Assembly: GCA_963828195.1 (NCBI GenBank)
Contig: CAWHDT010000007.1
Location: 256,001 to 320,000 of the forward strand
Origin: Candidatus Bathyarchaeota archaeon
GTDB lineage: Archaea > Thermoproteota > Bathyarchaeia > Bathyarchaeales > Bathycorpusculaceae
Length of the DNA stretch: 64,000 bases
Reading direction: 5' to 3'
Each line of letters begins with the position of its first letter. Positions within the stretch are counted from its first letter, which is position 1. Positions 39,560 through 49,404 of the stretch are shown here, one piece after another. The notes under the pieces were generated by a model that was given only the letters and a program-made list of their open reading frames with translations, made no database searches and had not been told where the DNA came from. A program made the translations under genes and the position numbers.

Positions 39560-40759
39560 TCAGCGTAGGGCTTCATCGTAGACTTTCACGGCATCTTTAA
39601 CCACTATTCGCCAGTCAAATCGTTCAAGGATTGTTTTTCTGGCAAGATGTCCCATCTCGGCGGCTTCAGCTGGATGCTCAAGCAAATACAGTATTTTATC
39701 GGCGAACTGTTTGGGGCTGAATGGTTTAACCAAGAACCCGTTTTTGCCGCTTTCAATCGTTTCAGGAATCCCGCCCACTTTGGTTGTTACCACGGGCAAA
39801 CCCGTTGAAAGCGCCTCCAAAACGGCGAAGGGATGATGCTCATAGAATGTGGAAAAAGCGAAAACATCAGCGGCTTGGTAGAGTTTGGGAAGTTTTTTGT
39901 CGGGATAGTACCCAGTGAAGATTATGCTGTCTTTTACCCCGAGTCTCTCTGCGTGAGCGATGAGTTTGTGCATTTCGTCGCTTTGTCCCTTGCCTGAAAT
40001 AATGAATTTTGCGTTTTTGAACCGCTTAACCACGGTGGGCATGCTTTCTATCAGGGTAAACAAGCCTTTGCGCGCGTAGAGCCGCCCAACTGAGACGATG
40101 GCTAAATCATCTGGGCTAAAGCCCAGCTCCTGCTTGATTTTACGTTTATCTTTGGCTGGCTGAAACTTGGTGGTGTCGATGCCGTTGTGGATAACCTGGA
40201 TTTTATTGGCAGGGATCTTGTAGTAGTTTGTGAGTTCCCATTTGGTGAAGTTGCTTACAGCGATGATTCTGCGTGCCCTATGCAGCATGCCTTCCTCAAA
40301 AAACCGCAAAAACCAGTTAAAGCTCACAAGGAACTTTTCGTTAGCGTTCAAGCGGCTGTAGGGTTCCCCCCGGATGGCGTCTGCCTCGCCCTTCCAGGTA
40401 GAGTGGACAGTGCAGACAAGGGTTTTTCCAAAGTTAGGCGGCACCGCAAAGTTTGGCGTCAGCGGGAGCTGGGGATGGGTGATGTCAACGGCTGCGGTGT
40501 CGCTGATGCTTTGGAGCTTGCGGTAGCTTGCGCCTGCAAGCATGAATGATTTGATTATAGGTGTTTTGGGGATTTTAAGGAAAGAAACGTCTAGTTGCGG
40601 GTTCACTTGGATGTCTTGGGCTTGGTTGCCTCCTGTGACCACGTAGATTTTGTAGCCGTTTTTGAGGAGTTCGTTAGAGAGGTAGTAAACGTAGGATCCT
40701 GTGCCGCCTGTAAGTGGCCAGTACTCGGGAGATATGAAGCAGACTTTAGGCGGCGTCAC
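39560..40759 (-). CDS. GT4 glycosyltransferase
   Basis: GGTG, HNGID, GRLYARKG and EHHPFAVLEA motifs. Confidence 0.92.
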   Translation of the reverse strand: MTPPKVCFISPEYWPLTGGTGSYVYYLSNELLKNGYKIYVVTGGNQAQDIQVNPQLDVSFLKIPKTPIIKSFMLAGASYRKLQSISDTAAVDITHPQLPLTPNFAVPPNFGKTLVCTVHSTWKGEADAIRGEPYSRLNANEKFLVSFNWFLRFFEEGMLHRARRIIAVSNFTKWELTNYYKIPANKIQVIHNGIDTTKFQPAKDKRKIKQELGFSPDDLAIVSVGRLYARKGLFTLIESMPTVVKRFKNAKFIISGKGQSDEMHKLIAHAERLGVKDSIIFTGYYPDKKLPKLYQAADVFAFSTFYEHHPFAVLEALSTGLPVVTTKVGGIPETIESGKNGFLVKPFSPKQFADKILYLLEHPAEAAEMGHLARKTILERFDWRIVVKDAVKVYDEALR

Positions 40760-41745
40760 TTGCCCCTCCCAGTCAGGTACTGAATGGTGGTTGTCGCTGC
40801 GCCGACGAACCAGGCAAACGCCCGAACAAAATAAAGCACGACCAATCGGAAGGCAACCTTATCATGAAATTTGACGACAATTTTGGCGGCTGAGTAAACG
40901 AAGTAAACAAACATTAAGACTAAAATTAAGCCTGAAACATACCATAAAGGTCTAAGAAGTCCAATGATTCCCAGGAGGAAAGACAGGATGACGGTTAACA
41001 GCAGCACGGGCTGAATGTTCATGCTGAAATCGGTGATTTCGTCGCCCTTAGCCAAGCGCGAATGTTTAAAATAAAGTTTCAAAGTGTTTTTTCCATACTG
41101 CAGCTGCTGACGATAATAAGCTCCAAGAGTGGGTCTGTTGTAGTGGTAGCAAACCGCGTTTGGTTCATAAGCGATTTTGTAGCCTTTAGCGCTTATCCTA
41201 AAACCCAAGTCTGTGTCATATTGGCTTGGCAGGTTTTCATCCCAGCCGCCAACCGCCTCGACAACCGCCCTTTTAAGCAGCAAATTCATGGTGGCTATGC
41301 GGCTTGTGTATTTTCCGATGCGGCTGTAGCGGTTTTTAATTTCGTAACCGATGCTTTTTGCCCAAGGATTATCAGCGTTCCATGTTTCTATGCTGCCGCT
41401 GACTCCCGCCACCCGCGGTTCTTCCAAGTGGGGCACAAGCTTTTTTAGCCATTGCGATTCCACCTTGGCATCTGAATCTATGAAGCCAAGAACTGGATAA
41501 GCAGCGATTTTCATTGCGTAGTTGTAGGCTGCGGGAGCGTTTAAGCGGATAGAGATAACTTTAACGGGGAAATTTTGTGCTAATTTGACCGTACCGTCTT
41601 TTGAGCCGCCGTCAATAACAATAACTTCAATGAAGCCCACGGGGTACTCCAGCGCCAGAATCGATTTGAGGCATTCCTCGATTGTTTGTTCATTATTGTA
41701 GGCTGCAACGATGATTGAAACTTTAGGGTATGCGTCGCCTTCCAA
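40756..41745 (-). CDS. GT2 glycosyltransferase with C-terminal TMs
   Basis: DGGSKDGT, DSD, GGWDE...DTDLGFR and QQLQY motifs. Confidence 0.9.
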   Translation of the reverse strand: MEGDAYPKVSIIVAAYNNEQTIEECLKSILALEYPVGFIEVIVIDGGSKDGTVKLAQNFPVKVISIRLNAPAAYNYAMKIAAYPVLGFIDSDAKVESQWLKKLVPHLEEPRVAGVSGSIETWNADNPWAKSIGYEIKNRYSRIGKYTSRIATMNLLLKRAVVEAVGGWDENLPSQYDTDLGFRISAKGYKIAYEPNAVCYHYNRPTLGAYYRQQLQYGKNTLKLYFKHSRLAKGDEITDFSMNIQPVLLLTVILSFLLGIIGLLRPLWYVSGLILVLMFVYFVYSAAKIVVKFHDKVAFRLVVLYFVRAFAWFVGAATTTIQYLTGRGK

Positions 41746-41750
41746 CTTGC

Positions 41751-42449
41751 TTAAACCCTCATGTAAGCTGAAACTATCGATAGGAGAATTTTGAAGCCGT
41801 CAACCATCGGGTCAACTCCAGAACGACCGTAGGTCCGCTGCTCAAAGCTTATCGGAACCTCTGTGACTCTAAATTTTTTTTTGGCGGTTTTTACAAGCAT
41901 TTCGGACTCTATCTCATACCCGCCTGACTTTAGCTTTGGGGTTTTCACCACTTCCCTTTTCATGGCGCGGTAGCCTGATTGAGAATCAGTTATGGCCACT
42001 CCGGTTAGCATCTGGATGAAATAGTTGAATATTCGCACGCCAAAAGCGTTGAGTCGCCGTGCAGCCACGCGCTTGTGATTTAGATATCTTGAGCCGATAA
42101 CGAGGTCCGCCTTGTCTTGCATAATGGGCGCAAGCACTTTCGGAAGCTCTTCAGGTTCATGTGAGCCGTCGGAGTCTATTGTGACTATTATGTCACCTTT
42201 TGCTTTGGCGAAACCTGCACGCAACGCATAGCCTTTGCCCATGTGCTTTTTTAAAGTGTAGATTTTAGCGCTGTGTTTTTTAGCTAAGTCCAGCGATTTA
42301 TCGCGTGAGCAGTCATCTACAACTATAACTTCGTTTTTTAAGCCTGTTTGCTGCGCCACCGTTTTTACACGGTCGATTATGTTGCCTATGGTTAATTCCT
42401 CGTTGTAAACGGGAATTATTATGGAAAGCAGCATTTTCTCTTGGCTCAT
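41751..42449 (-). CDS. GT2 polyprenol-phosphate glycosyltransferase (DPM1-like)
   Basis: IPVYNEE, VDDCSRD, GKG.A, DSDGSH and DSQSGYRA motifs. Confidence 0.9.
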   Translation of the reverse strand: MSQEKMLLSIIIPVYNEELTIGNIIDRVKTVAQQTGLKNEVIVVDDCSRDKSLDLAKKHSAKIYTLKKHMGKGYALRAGFAKAKGDIIVTIDSDGSHEPEELPKVLAPIMQDKADLVIGSRYLNHKRVAARRLNAFGVRIFNYFIQMLTGVAITDSQSGYRAMKREVVKTPKLKSGGYEIESEMLVKTAKKKFRVTEVPISFEQRTYGRSGVDPMVDGFKILLSIVSAYMRV

Positions 42450-42533
42450 TAGCTTTTAGATGCCAATGGAAGAGCTTATAAAGTTTGGGTGCTCCAACCT
42501 TGTCAGCACTTTAATGGGTAATTCGGGGTTTAC

Positions 42534-43088
42534 ATGGAAACCACTACGCAAAGCAAAGTTGGCTACGACAGGAAAATGTGGTTTTCCATGTGGTTCTTGG
42601 CGGCGATTGTTACTTTTGGAGTGGCGTTTTTCCCAATGTTCTACCGCCTCGTTAACGGCAGAAACAAGCATTTTCGGCATGAAGTTGAGTTTGAGAAAAC
42701 GGTTACTGATTACTTGAAAACCAAGGGAAAGCAGCCGCCGCTGGTAAGCGAGCGTTTTGCAGAAAGAAATGCAGGGGTGTGGGCTGTCAGCATCGTTTTG
42801 GTAGTTCCAGTTTTTGTTATCGTTTACTTGCTATCCAGAGATTTACTTGTGCATGAGCGAAACCAAGACGCTTTTCTTGCCGCTGCTTTTCCAGAAAGGA
42901 TGTTCATGACTCAGAAGATACCGATAAAAACTTATGTTTTAATCACAGTTGTTACGTTGGGCGTGGGGGTCGTTTACTGGCTGTATAAGGTTGTTAACTT
43001 GTATAACGCTCACTTTAAAGCTCAGTTGCAGGTTGAATTAGAAGCAGGTAGGCTGATGGAGGAAGAGAAAGTTGGCGGACAAATGTAA
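42534..43088 (+). CDS. Membrane protein (DUF4234-like)
   Basis: Duplicated VTFGV/VTLGV..YWLYK...N.HF units. Confidence 0.65.
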   Translation: METTTQSKVGYDRKMWFSMWFLAAIVTFGVAFFPMFYRLVNGRNKHFRHEVEFEKTVTDYLKTKGKQPPLVSERFAERNAGVWAVSIVLVVPVFVIVYLLSRDLLVHERNQDAFLAAAFPERMFMTQKIPIKTYVLITVVTLGVGVVYWLYKVVNLYNAHFKAQLQVELEAGRLMEEEKVGGQM

Positions 43089-44193
43089 AGAACGCAGATT
43101 CATTAGCCATGGCGGAGACATTTGGGGTTTTAGCCGAAAATACAATGTGCCACTTGAAGAAGTGCTTGAGTTCAGCGGACCAATCAATTTTCTGGGTCCT
43201 TCGCCTAAAGCTGTTGAAGCTGTGAAGCAATATGCAAAGTTGATAAAGTTCTACCCTGACCCTAACCCAGTTGAGTTTAAAGAAGAAGTTGCAAAGTACG
43301 TGGGCAACGGCGTTGAAGAAGAAAACATCATTTTAGGCAACGGCTCAATCGAGCTGATTTACGCGATTTCAGAGATTTTACCCCGCGGCTTCAACGCGGT
43401 TATTCCAGTTCCCTCATTCTCGGAGTATGAGAGAGCAGCTTTAAGAGTCGGCAGCAAACCGGTTTTTGTTCAGTTGCCCCAAAATTTTGCGTTGGAAACC
43501 GAGAAAATCAAGAAGGCGGTAACTGGCGACACAAAAATAATGTGCATCTGCAACCCGCACAGCCCCTCGGGAACGCTGTACAGCAAAGAAGCGGTTTTGG
43601 AGCTTGTGGATTTCTGCCACAAAAAAGACATAATCTTTAGCGTCAACGAGAACTACATCGAGTTTGCAGATAAAGGACAAGAAACCACTTTAGCTGGCTT
43701 GACAAAGGAGTACGAGAATCTCTTTGTTATCAGGTCGGTGACAAAATTTTACGGCATGGCAGGCATACGCTTAGGCTACGGCATAGCAGCGCCAAACCTG
43801 GTTGAGAAGCTGGAAAACGTTAGGCTGCCATGGAGCATCAACGGCCTCGCAAGCTGCGCCACGCTTGCAGCGTTCAACGACGCCGACTTCATCGAAAACA
43901 CCAAGAAAACAATCGCCAAAGAACGTGCAACCCTCGCAGAGAGCCTAGGCGAAATTGAAGGCTTACACGTTTATCCGTCCGTAACAAATTTTCTGCTCGT
44001 AAAAATCCAAAACCGCAAAATCACATCCACCAAACTGAAAGATGAGCTTGCTCAGCGCCGCATGTTAATCCGCGACTGCTGCACCTTCATGGGTTTAGAC
44101 GACACCTACTTCAGAATAACAGTTCGATCAGCCAAAGACAACAAAAAACTAACAGAAACAATAAAAGAAATTCTTGAAAAAACCGAACACTAA
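43072..44193 (+). CDS. cobD: Threonine-phosphate decarboxylase CobD / HisC-family PLP enzyme
   Basis: HGG..., YPDP, GNGSIE, CNPH and RSVTKFYGMAGIRLGY motifs, plus cob context. Confidence 0.8.
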   Translation: MADKCKERRFISHGGDIWGFSRKYNVPLEEVLEFSGPINFLGPSPKAVEAVKQYAKLIKFYPDPNPVEFKEEVAKYVGNGVEEENIILGNGSIELIYAISEILPRGFNAVIPVPSFSEYERAALRVGSKPVFVQLPQNFALETEKIKKAVTGDTKIMCICNPHSPSGTLYSKEAVLELVDFCHKKDIIFSVNENYIEFADKGQETTLAGLTKEYENLFVIRSVTKFYGMAGIRLGYGIAAPNLVEKLENVRLPWSINGLASCATLAAFNDADFIENTKKTIAKERATLAESLGEIEGLHVYPSVTNFLLVKIQNRKITSTKLKDELAQRRMLIRDCCTFMGLDDTYFRITVRSAKDNKKLTETIKEILEKTEH

Positions 44194-44271
44194 AATTTAC
44201 GCTGATTCAATCAAAAAACCCAATTGCTCCTTCTGCGGCAGCTTTGTAGCCGTCTATGTAATTGTGGTTGA

Positions 44272-44643
44272 TTGCTTTTTTATGGCAATGTTGATAAACC
44301 AAGTTTGCGCCTAAACATTAGAAAGGCCGGAGTTGAGTACTTGGTTGACAAACAAGCTGATGATAACTTGCCCCTTAACGTTGTTTGGCTCTGCGGGGGA
44401 ACAACTGCAGACATAACTCCGGCGCAACCCGTAAAATTCAACATGGACGAAGCGTACGAAAAAATCAAGAAACACAATGTCGAAATCAGAGTAAGGTCTC
44501 AGATGGTTTTGATTTTTGTTTACATGAAAATGGATGTAAGCCTCTTTAACGGAGGGCGGATGCTAATAAAAAACGTGACTGACAAAGATGTGTCTCTGAG
44601 AGCTTACCGCGAAATTCTAAAAACGATCGATATAAATTTATAA
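44272..44643 (+). CDS. Stand-alone domain resembling the MoeB/ThiF C-terminal extension
   Basis: LCGG.T..I.P, SLFNGGRMLIKNV.D pattern. The likely start is TTG 44341. Confidence 0.5.
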   Translation: MLFYGNVDKPSLRLNIRKAGVEYLVDKQADDNLPLNVVWLCGGTTADITPAQPVKFNMDEAYEKIKKHNVEIRVRSQMVLIFVYMKMDVSLFNGGRMLIKNVTDKDVSLRAYREILKTIDINL

Positions 44644-44748
44644 AACTCAAAAAAGCGTATTCCGCGCTCCTTCCATTGAATCCACGCGATGAGGGTCAGT
44701 TAATTTGGCTTAGACGGCTTAATTCTTCGCGAAGTCGATTTTTTCTGG

Positions 44749-46182
44749 TTATGCTTGTTTGGGTTTTTTTCCGATGTGTGTTACCGTCAACCTTGCCCGC
44801 CAAATTAGATGGTTCGTAGCGGCTCGAGCCATTATTCTGCTGTAAGAGTTGCTCTTCACTGATTGCCGAAGAACATAAAGCGGCGAGTAGAAGCTGTTGC
44901 AGAAGTCGGTTCTGATTTTTTTGATGTCTTCTGGCGATAAATTCGGGTTTTCGAAAACTGGGTTTGACAGGTCGTAGAGGCTCCAGTCAGGAGACATTTT
45001 CCAGCCTTTGTTCTGAATGATTGTGTAGAGTTCGCTGCCGGGGGAAGGGGTTGCTACGCACAGGAAGGCGTCGTCAGGTTTCATTTTTCGAATAAAATCA
45101 AGGGTTTGCTTTATCGTATCTTTTGTTTCGCCTGGATACCCAATGACTACGGATATGGCGACGAATATGCCTGCTTCCTTAGCCCACTTAATCGCTTGTT
45201 CATTTTGTTCAATCGAAGTTTTCTTACCCATTTCTTTAAGAATCTGTGGGCTGCCCGTTTCGACTCCGAAGAAAATCTCGAGGCATCCGGCTTCAGCCAT
45301 TTTAAACACCATTTCTTTAGAAATCGTGTTGACGCGTGATTGGCAGTCCCATGGAAGATTAATTTTTCTGCTCTTTATGTCGTCGCAGATGTCGTAGATT
45401 CTTTTTTTGTCGTAGGTTAACATGTCGTCGTAGAAACTGAACGCTTCAGCTCCAAAAGTGTTCTTTAGCCACTCTAGCTCGTCCACGACGTTTTTGGGGC
45501 TTCTCATTCGAAAAGTGTTATGATACATTTTGTGGGTGACGCAGAATGAGCATGTAAAGGGGCATCCTCGGCTGGTTACGACTGGAAGTATTCGTCTCCC
45601 GAAGAGCCGATACATGTCTAGCGGAAAATATTTGTAGGCTGGTCTTGGCAGCGCGTCGAGGTCTTCAATGCATGGTCTATCTGGGTTTCGGACTATTTGC
45701 TTGTTGCTTCTAAAAGTTATGCCCTTAACGTTGCGAAGACCCTTTGGATCATTCATGTTCTGGATGAGTTCAGGCAAGGTTTCTTCGCCTTCCGCTCTAA
45801 CAACAAAATCTACGGCTGCTTCATCATTCAGAATTTGTTCGCCCATAAACGTAGCGTGTAATCCGCCGATAACAACTTTGGTGTTAGGGCAGGCTTCTTT
45901 GGCAGCACGAGCGGCTAAAAAAGCTGACACTATTGTGGGAGTCATGGAGCTGATGCCGACTAAATCGGGTCCAAAAGAGGCTAACTCTTCCCTTAATTTA
46001 TCATGGTTGATTTTGAGAGCTGGGCAATCTATGACTTTTATTTCGTACCCAGCGTTTTCAAGTACAGCCGCCAAATAGGCTAAGTTGATGGGCAAGTAAA
46101 TCTGGTGCCACGATGCCCCTTTCATGATGGGAGCATTCACCAAAGCTATTTTGACGCTTTTTTTCTCCGCCATGCATATCAA
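44749..46182 (-). CDS. Cobalamin-dependent radical SAM enzyme
   Basis: B12-binding domain (PINLAYLAA, GGLHAT, EGE) and SRGCPFTCSFC. Confidence 0.93.
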   Translation of the reverse strand: MICMAEKKSVKIALVNAPIMKGASWHQIYLPINLAYLAAVLENAGYEIKVIDCPALKINHDKLREELASFGPDLVGISSMTPTIVSAFLAARAAKEACPNTKVVIGGLHATFMGEQILNDEAAVDFVVRAEGEETLPELIQNMNDPKGLRNVKGITFRSNKQIVRNPDRPCIEDLDALPRPAYKYFPLDMYRLFGRRILPVVTSRGCPFTCSFCVTHKMYHNTFRMRSPKNVVDELEWLKNTFGAEAFSFYDDMLTYDKKRIYDICDDIKSRKINLPWDCQSRVNTISKEMVFKMAEAGCLEIFFGVETGSPQILKEMGKKTSIEQNEQAIKWAKEAGIFVAISVVIGYPGETKDTIKQTLDFIRKMKPDDAFLCVATPSPGSELYTIIQNKGWKMSPDWSLYDLSNPVFENPNLSPEDIKKIRTDFCNSFYSPLYVLRQSVKSNSYSRIMARAATNHLIWRARLTVTHIGKKPKQA

Positions 46183-46427
46183 CCGAAATTAATCAAGTGT
46201 GAAAACGTGTGATAACTGGTTTTACAGTGAATATTTTAAGGAGTTTTGGTTTATCTATATTTCCACTTTCTCAGCAGGTTAATTGGATATTGTCTAAAAC
46301 ACAGTTCCCATTTTTATATACTTTCTGCTTTAATGCCGGAAGGAAAAGCAGTTTTATTTTTTGACGTTTCGCTTCTGGCTCGGGCTGGTCAAATCTGAAA
46401 GAGCTAAGAACTAGCGGAAAACCAGAT

Positions 46428-47813
46428 TCAGAGTCGGAGCTTGGACTTAGCTGCTCTTACGAGATGCGCAAAAGCTGTTCTGGTCAGCGAAAAACCGTAT
46501 ACGCCTCCTTTGGAGAACATGTGGATTACATAGCTGGGTCGGAGAAAGAACCTTTGAAAAGCCTGCTCTCGGATATCTCTTAGTTCTTGCATGGTTAATG
46601 CTGGAATTTCAAACGTAGGGGTCGCCGTATCATACTTGTCAAAGTCAGTTATCTTTAGCCAACCGTTTTTTTTGACAAAATCATACATGGGCGTTCCTGG
46701 ATAGGGCGTAGCAATGTAGTAACCCACAGCCTCCGGACTTATTCTCTGCACAAGATCAACAGTCGCCAAAGCAGTTTCCCTGGTTTCGCCTGGAAAACCC
46801 AGAATCGCGCTTGCAACGGTCATCAATCCAAGCTCTTTTGCCCAGTTAAAAGCCCTTATCGTCTGGGCAATTGAGAATCCTTTGCCCATGGAATTTATAA
46901 CTTTCTGCGAGCCTGATTCCACTCCAAACCAAACAGCAATGCAGCCAGCCGCCTTCATTTTGCCAAGCAACTCTTTAGTAACCATGTCCACTCGGGTTCC
47001 GCAGTCCCATTTTATCTTCAATTTCCTTTTTTGTATCTCCGAGCATATTTCCTCAACCCTGCCTTGATCAACGGTGAATGCGTCATCATAAAACGTAAAC
47101 TGGTTCGCACCGTAGGTTCTGTGCAGAAACTCAAGTTCATCCACGACGTTTTTGGCGCTTCGCATACGGTAACCTCGCCCGAACATTCTGACTGCCGTAC
47201 AGAAGTCACACCAGTAAACGCAGCCGCGGCTCGTCACCAATGGAAATATTATTGTTCCATATTTTCGAAGGTGCTCCATAGGCCAAAGATTGTGGGCAGG
47301 AAATGGGAGGCTATCAAGATCTTTGATGTACGGTCTATCCGGGTTCTGAACGATTTTCCCGTCAACTCTGCAAGTTGTGCCTATCACATCAGAATAATTT
47401 TCGTGTGCTTCAACTCGCTGCACCAGCTCCAAAATGGTGTTTTCGCCCTCTCTCCTCAAAATAACGTCTAATTGTGGGCATTCCTGAAGGGCTTCTTGAC
47501 CCCAAAACGTAACGTGGCAACCGCCCATAACTGTTAAGCAGTTGGGACAGGCTGCCTTAGCTATTTTCGCTATTCTCAGACCTGATTTATAAGTAAGCGT
47601 TGTTGAGGTTATGCCGACGACGTCGGGGCGGCGCTTGGCAATTTCATTTTTGAACCCAGCGTATGAAAGCTGAAGTGCTTGGCAGTCGATAACGTCAACT
47701 TCAAACTTGTTTTTCAACAAAACAGCAGCCAAATACCCAAGACCCAACGGGGTAAAGGGCGGATGCTGATGAGAGCCACTTGGGTACGGGGGATTTACAA
47801 GGGTCACATGCAT
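46428..47813 (-). CDS. Cobalamin-dependent radical SAM enzyme (tandem paralogue)
   Basis: PLGLGYLAA, GGCHVT, SRGCVYWCDFC, GVESGS and TPYPGT motifs. Confidence 0.93.
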   Translation of the reverse strand: MHVTLVNPPYPSGSHQHPPFTPLGLGYLAAVLLKNKFEVDVIDCQALQLSYAGFKNEIAKRRPDVVGITSTTLTYKSGLRIAKIAKAACPNCLTVMGGCHVTFWGQEALQECPQLDVILRREGENTILELVQRVEAHENYSDVIGTTCRVDGKIVQNPDRPYIKDLDSLPFPAHNLWPMEHLRKYGTIIFPLVTSRGCVYWCDFCTAVRMFGRGYRMRSAKNVVDELEFLHRTYGANQFTFYDDAFTVDQGRVEEICSEIQKRKLKIKWDCGTRVDMVTKELLGKMKAAGCIAVWFGVESGSQKVINSMGKGFSIAQTIRAFNWAKELGLMTVASAILGFPGETRETALATVDLVQRISPEAVGYYIATPYPGTPMYDFVKKNGWLKITDFDKYDTATPTFEIPALTMQELRDIREQAFQRFFLRPSYVIHMFSKGGVYGFSLTRTAFAHLVRAAKSKLRL

Positions 47814-48020
47814 CTTTATGTTTCGTCCATGAACGTTTATCGGTTCACAAGTACATGCGGTCGTGTGCTTAATATTTTTTGCATAATTTCTTGATAAACA
47901 TTTAAAATAAAAAGCGAGCAGCTAAAGTGGAACAAGTGGTTTTTGAATTTACTGTTACTGCATTATAATCAAAAAAGGATGAATAAAAAAGGCTAAATTT
48001 GGGCTCTGATTGACTGCAAT

Positions 48021-49133
48021 CTAAGCTTTTTTGGAGATTGGTTTTTTCGGTTTGGATAGTCTCTCGTGGGCTTGGTCTAGCATTTTGGTTATGGGCACTT
48101 TGTAGGTGCATTTTGGCTCGCATACGCCGCATTTGGTGCAGTTGTCAACTTTGACTGAAAGTCGCTCGTAAACCTCTCGGGTCCAATCTGTTATTCCATA
48201 GTAAGTGAAGTATTTGTCGAGTCCAAGTATCAAAGGTATGTTCAAGCCTTCTGGACAACGCAGACAAAGATCACATTCTCGACAGAAAGGTTCTGGAGGC
48301 AACTCGCCGAATCTAAGATCAGCTTTTTCTTTTGCGGTCAAACCTGTGAAATTCTCGCCGACCTTCGCAGCGGATTCAACTTCCCCTATGTTGCTGAAAC
48401 CTGAAATGGCTGTGGCAACGTCATGCGCTAAAACGTATTTGAGCGCGCGTTCAGTCATGATTTTTCCTTCGCCGAAGATACGGATGAATTCGGCTTTTTC
48501 AGGCACTATCTTTGCCAACTCATGCTGCACGAACCGCATGTTTGGTCCTCCGAAGGGTTTCATCGCAACCACGCCGACATCTAGCTTCTTGGCGAGAGGT
48601 AACAGCTCCTCGGTTGCCTCGCGGTTAATGATGTTGAATGGAGCAAGAATCATGTCGAATTCGCCGATCTGAACCGCTTTTGCTAAAATGTGGGGTCTGT
48701 GACCTGAAACCCCGATGAAGTTAAGCTTGCCCTGCGATCGGAGTTCTTTGAGGACAGAAAGTGCGCTTTTTTCTTCAATGACCTGCTTTAATGTTCTTTC
48801 GTTGTCGATGTGTTGAAGTATGACTATATCGACATGGTCGGTCCGAAGTTTATGCAAACTCTGCTTTATATCAACACGAGCAGCGTCAAGATCAAATAAA
48901 TGGTACGTTTTAGTGGTGATTACCACTTCGTCTCTGACATCTTCCAAAGCTATGCCAACTTTCTCCTCGCTGTTACCATAAATGCGTGCAGTGTCAAAGT
49001 ATGTGACTCCTAAGTCATAGGCACGTCTTAGCATCGCAACTGCGTTCTCCACGCTCTCTGGAACAATCCATTCTCCGCCAAACCCAATAACTGAAACGTC
49101 GAGATTAGTTCTTCCAAGTCGCCGCTTTTTCAT
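48021..49133 (-). CDS. Aldo/keto reductase with C-terminal 4Fe-4S domain
   Basis: LGRT...S.IGFG, FDTARIYG.SE and MKPFGG motifs, with CRECDLCLRCP and CTKCGVCEPKC. Confidence 0.92.
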   Translation of the reverse strand: MKKRRLGRTNLDVSVIGFGGEWIVPESVENAVAMLRRAYDLGVTYFDTARIYGNSEEKVGIALEDVRDEVVITTKTYHLFDLDAARVDIKQSLHKLRTDHVDIVILQHIDNERTLKQVIEEKSALSVLKELRSQGKLNFIGVSGHRPHILAKAVQIGEFDMILAPFNIINREATEELLPLAKKLDVGVVAMKPFGGPNMRFVQHELAKIVPEKAEFIRIFGEGKIMTERALKYVLAHDVATAISGFSNIGEVESAAKVGENFTGLTAKEKADLRFGELPPEPFCRECDLCLRCPEGLNIPLILGLDKYFTYYGITDWTREVYERLSVKVDNCTKCGVCEPKCTYKVPITKMLDQAHERLSKPKKPISKKA

Positions 49134-49404
49134 GTCCTGACCCCATTTACAAGGCTGGAAATATACTAGTTTTAACTAATAAACTTTGGCAAAAACATTG
49201 ACCTCGACGAAATACGTTGGCACAACCTTGCAAGCGACCCAAAACATGCCAAAAGATGTGACGACTGACTCAACGTCGAGGGAAAACGGCGCGTTAACTG
49301 CTCAGCACAGAATTTCGTCACAATCGGTCATGATATCGGCAAACTGGACTTTTGCAAAATTGTTAAATATTTCTGCCTTATCTTTAGGGGACAAGAGTGG
49401 TTGA

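Noticed and set aside
49186-49404. 72-aa ORF and alternative inverted repeats (CCTCGACG/CGTCGAGG and GACGAAAT/ATTTCGTC) as a riboswitch
   Set aside because: The stems are only 8 bp, and TATA-like elements lie close to both flanking genes, so the region is probably outside either leader. No support beyond chance.
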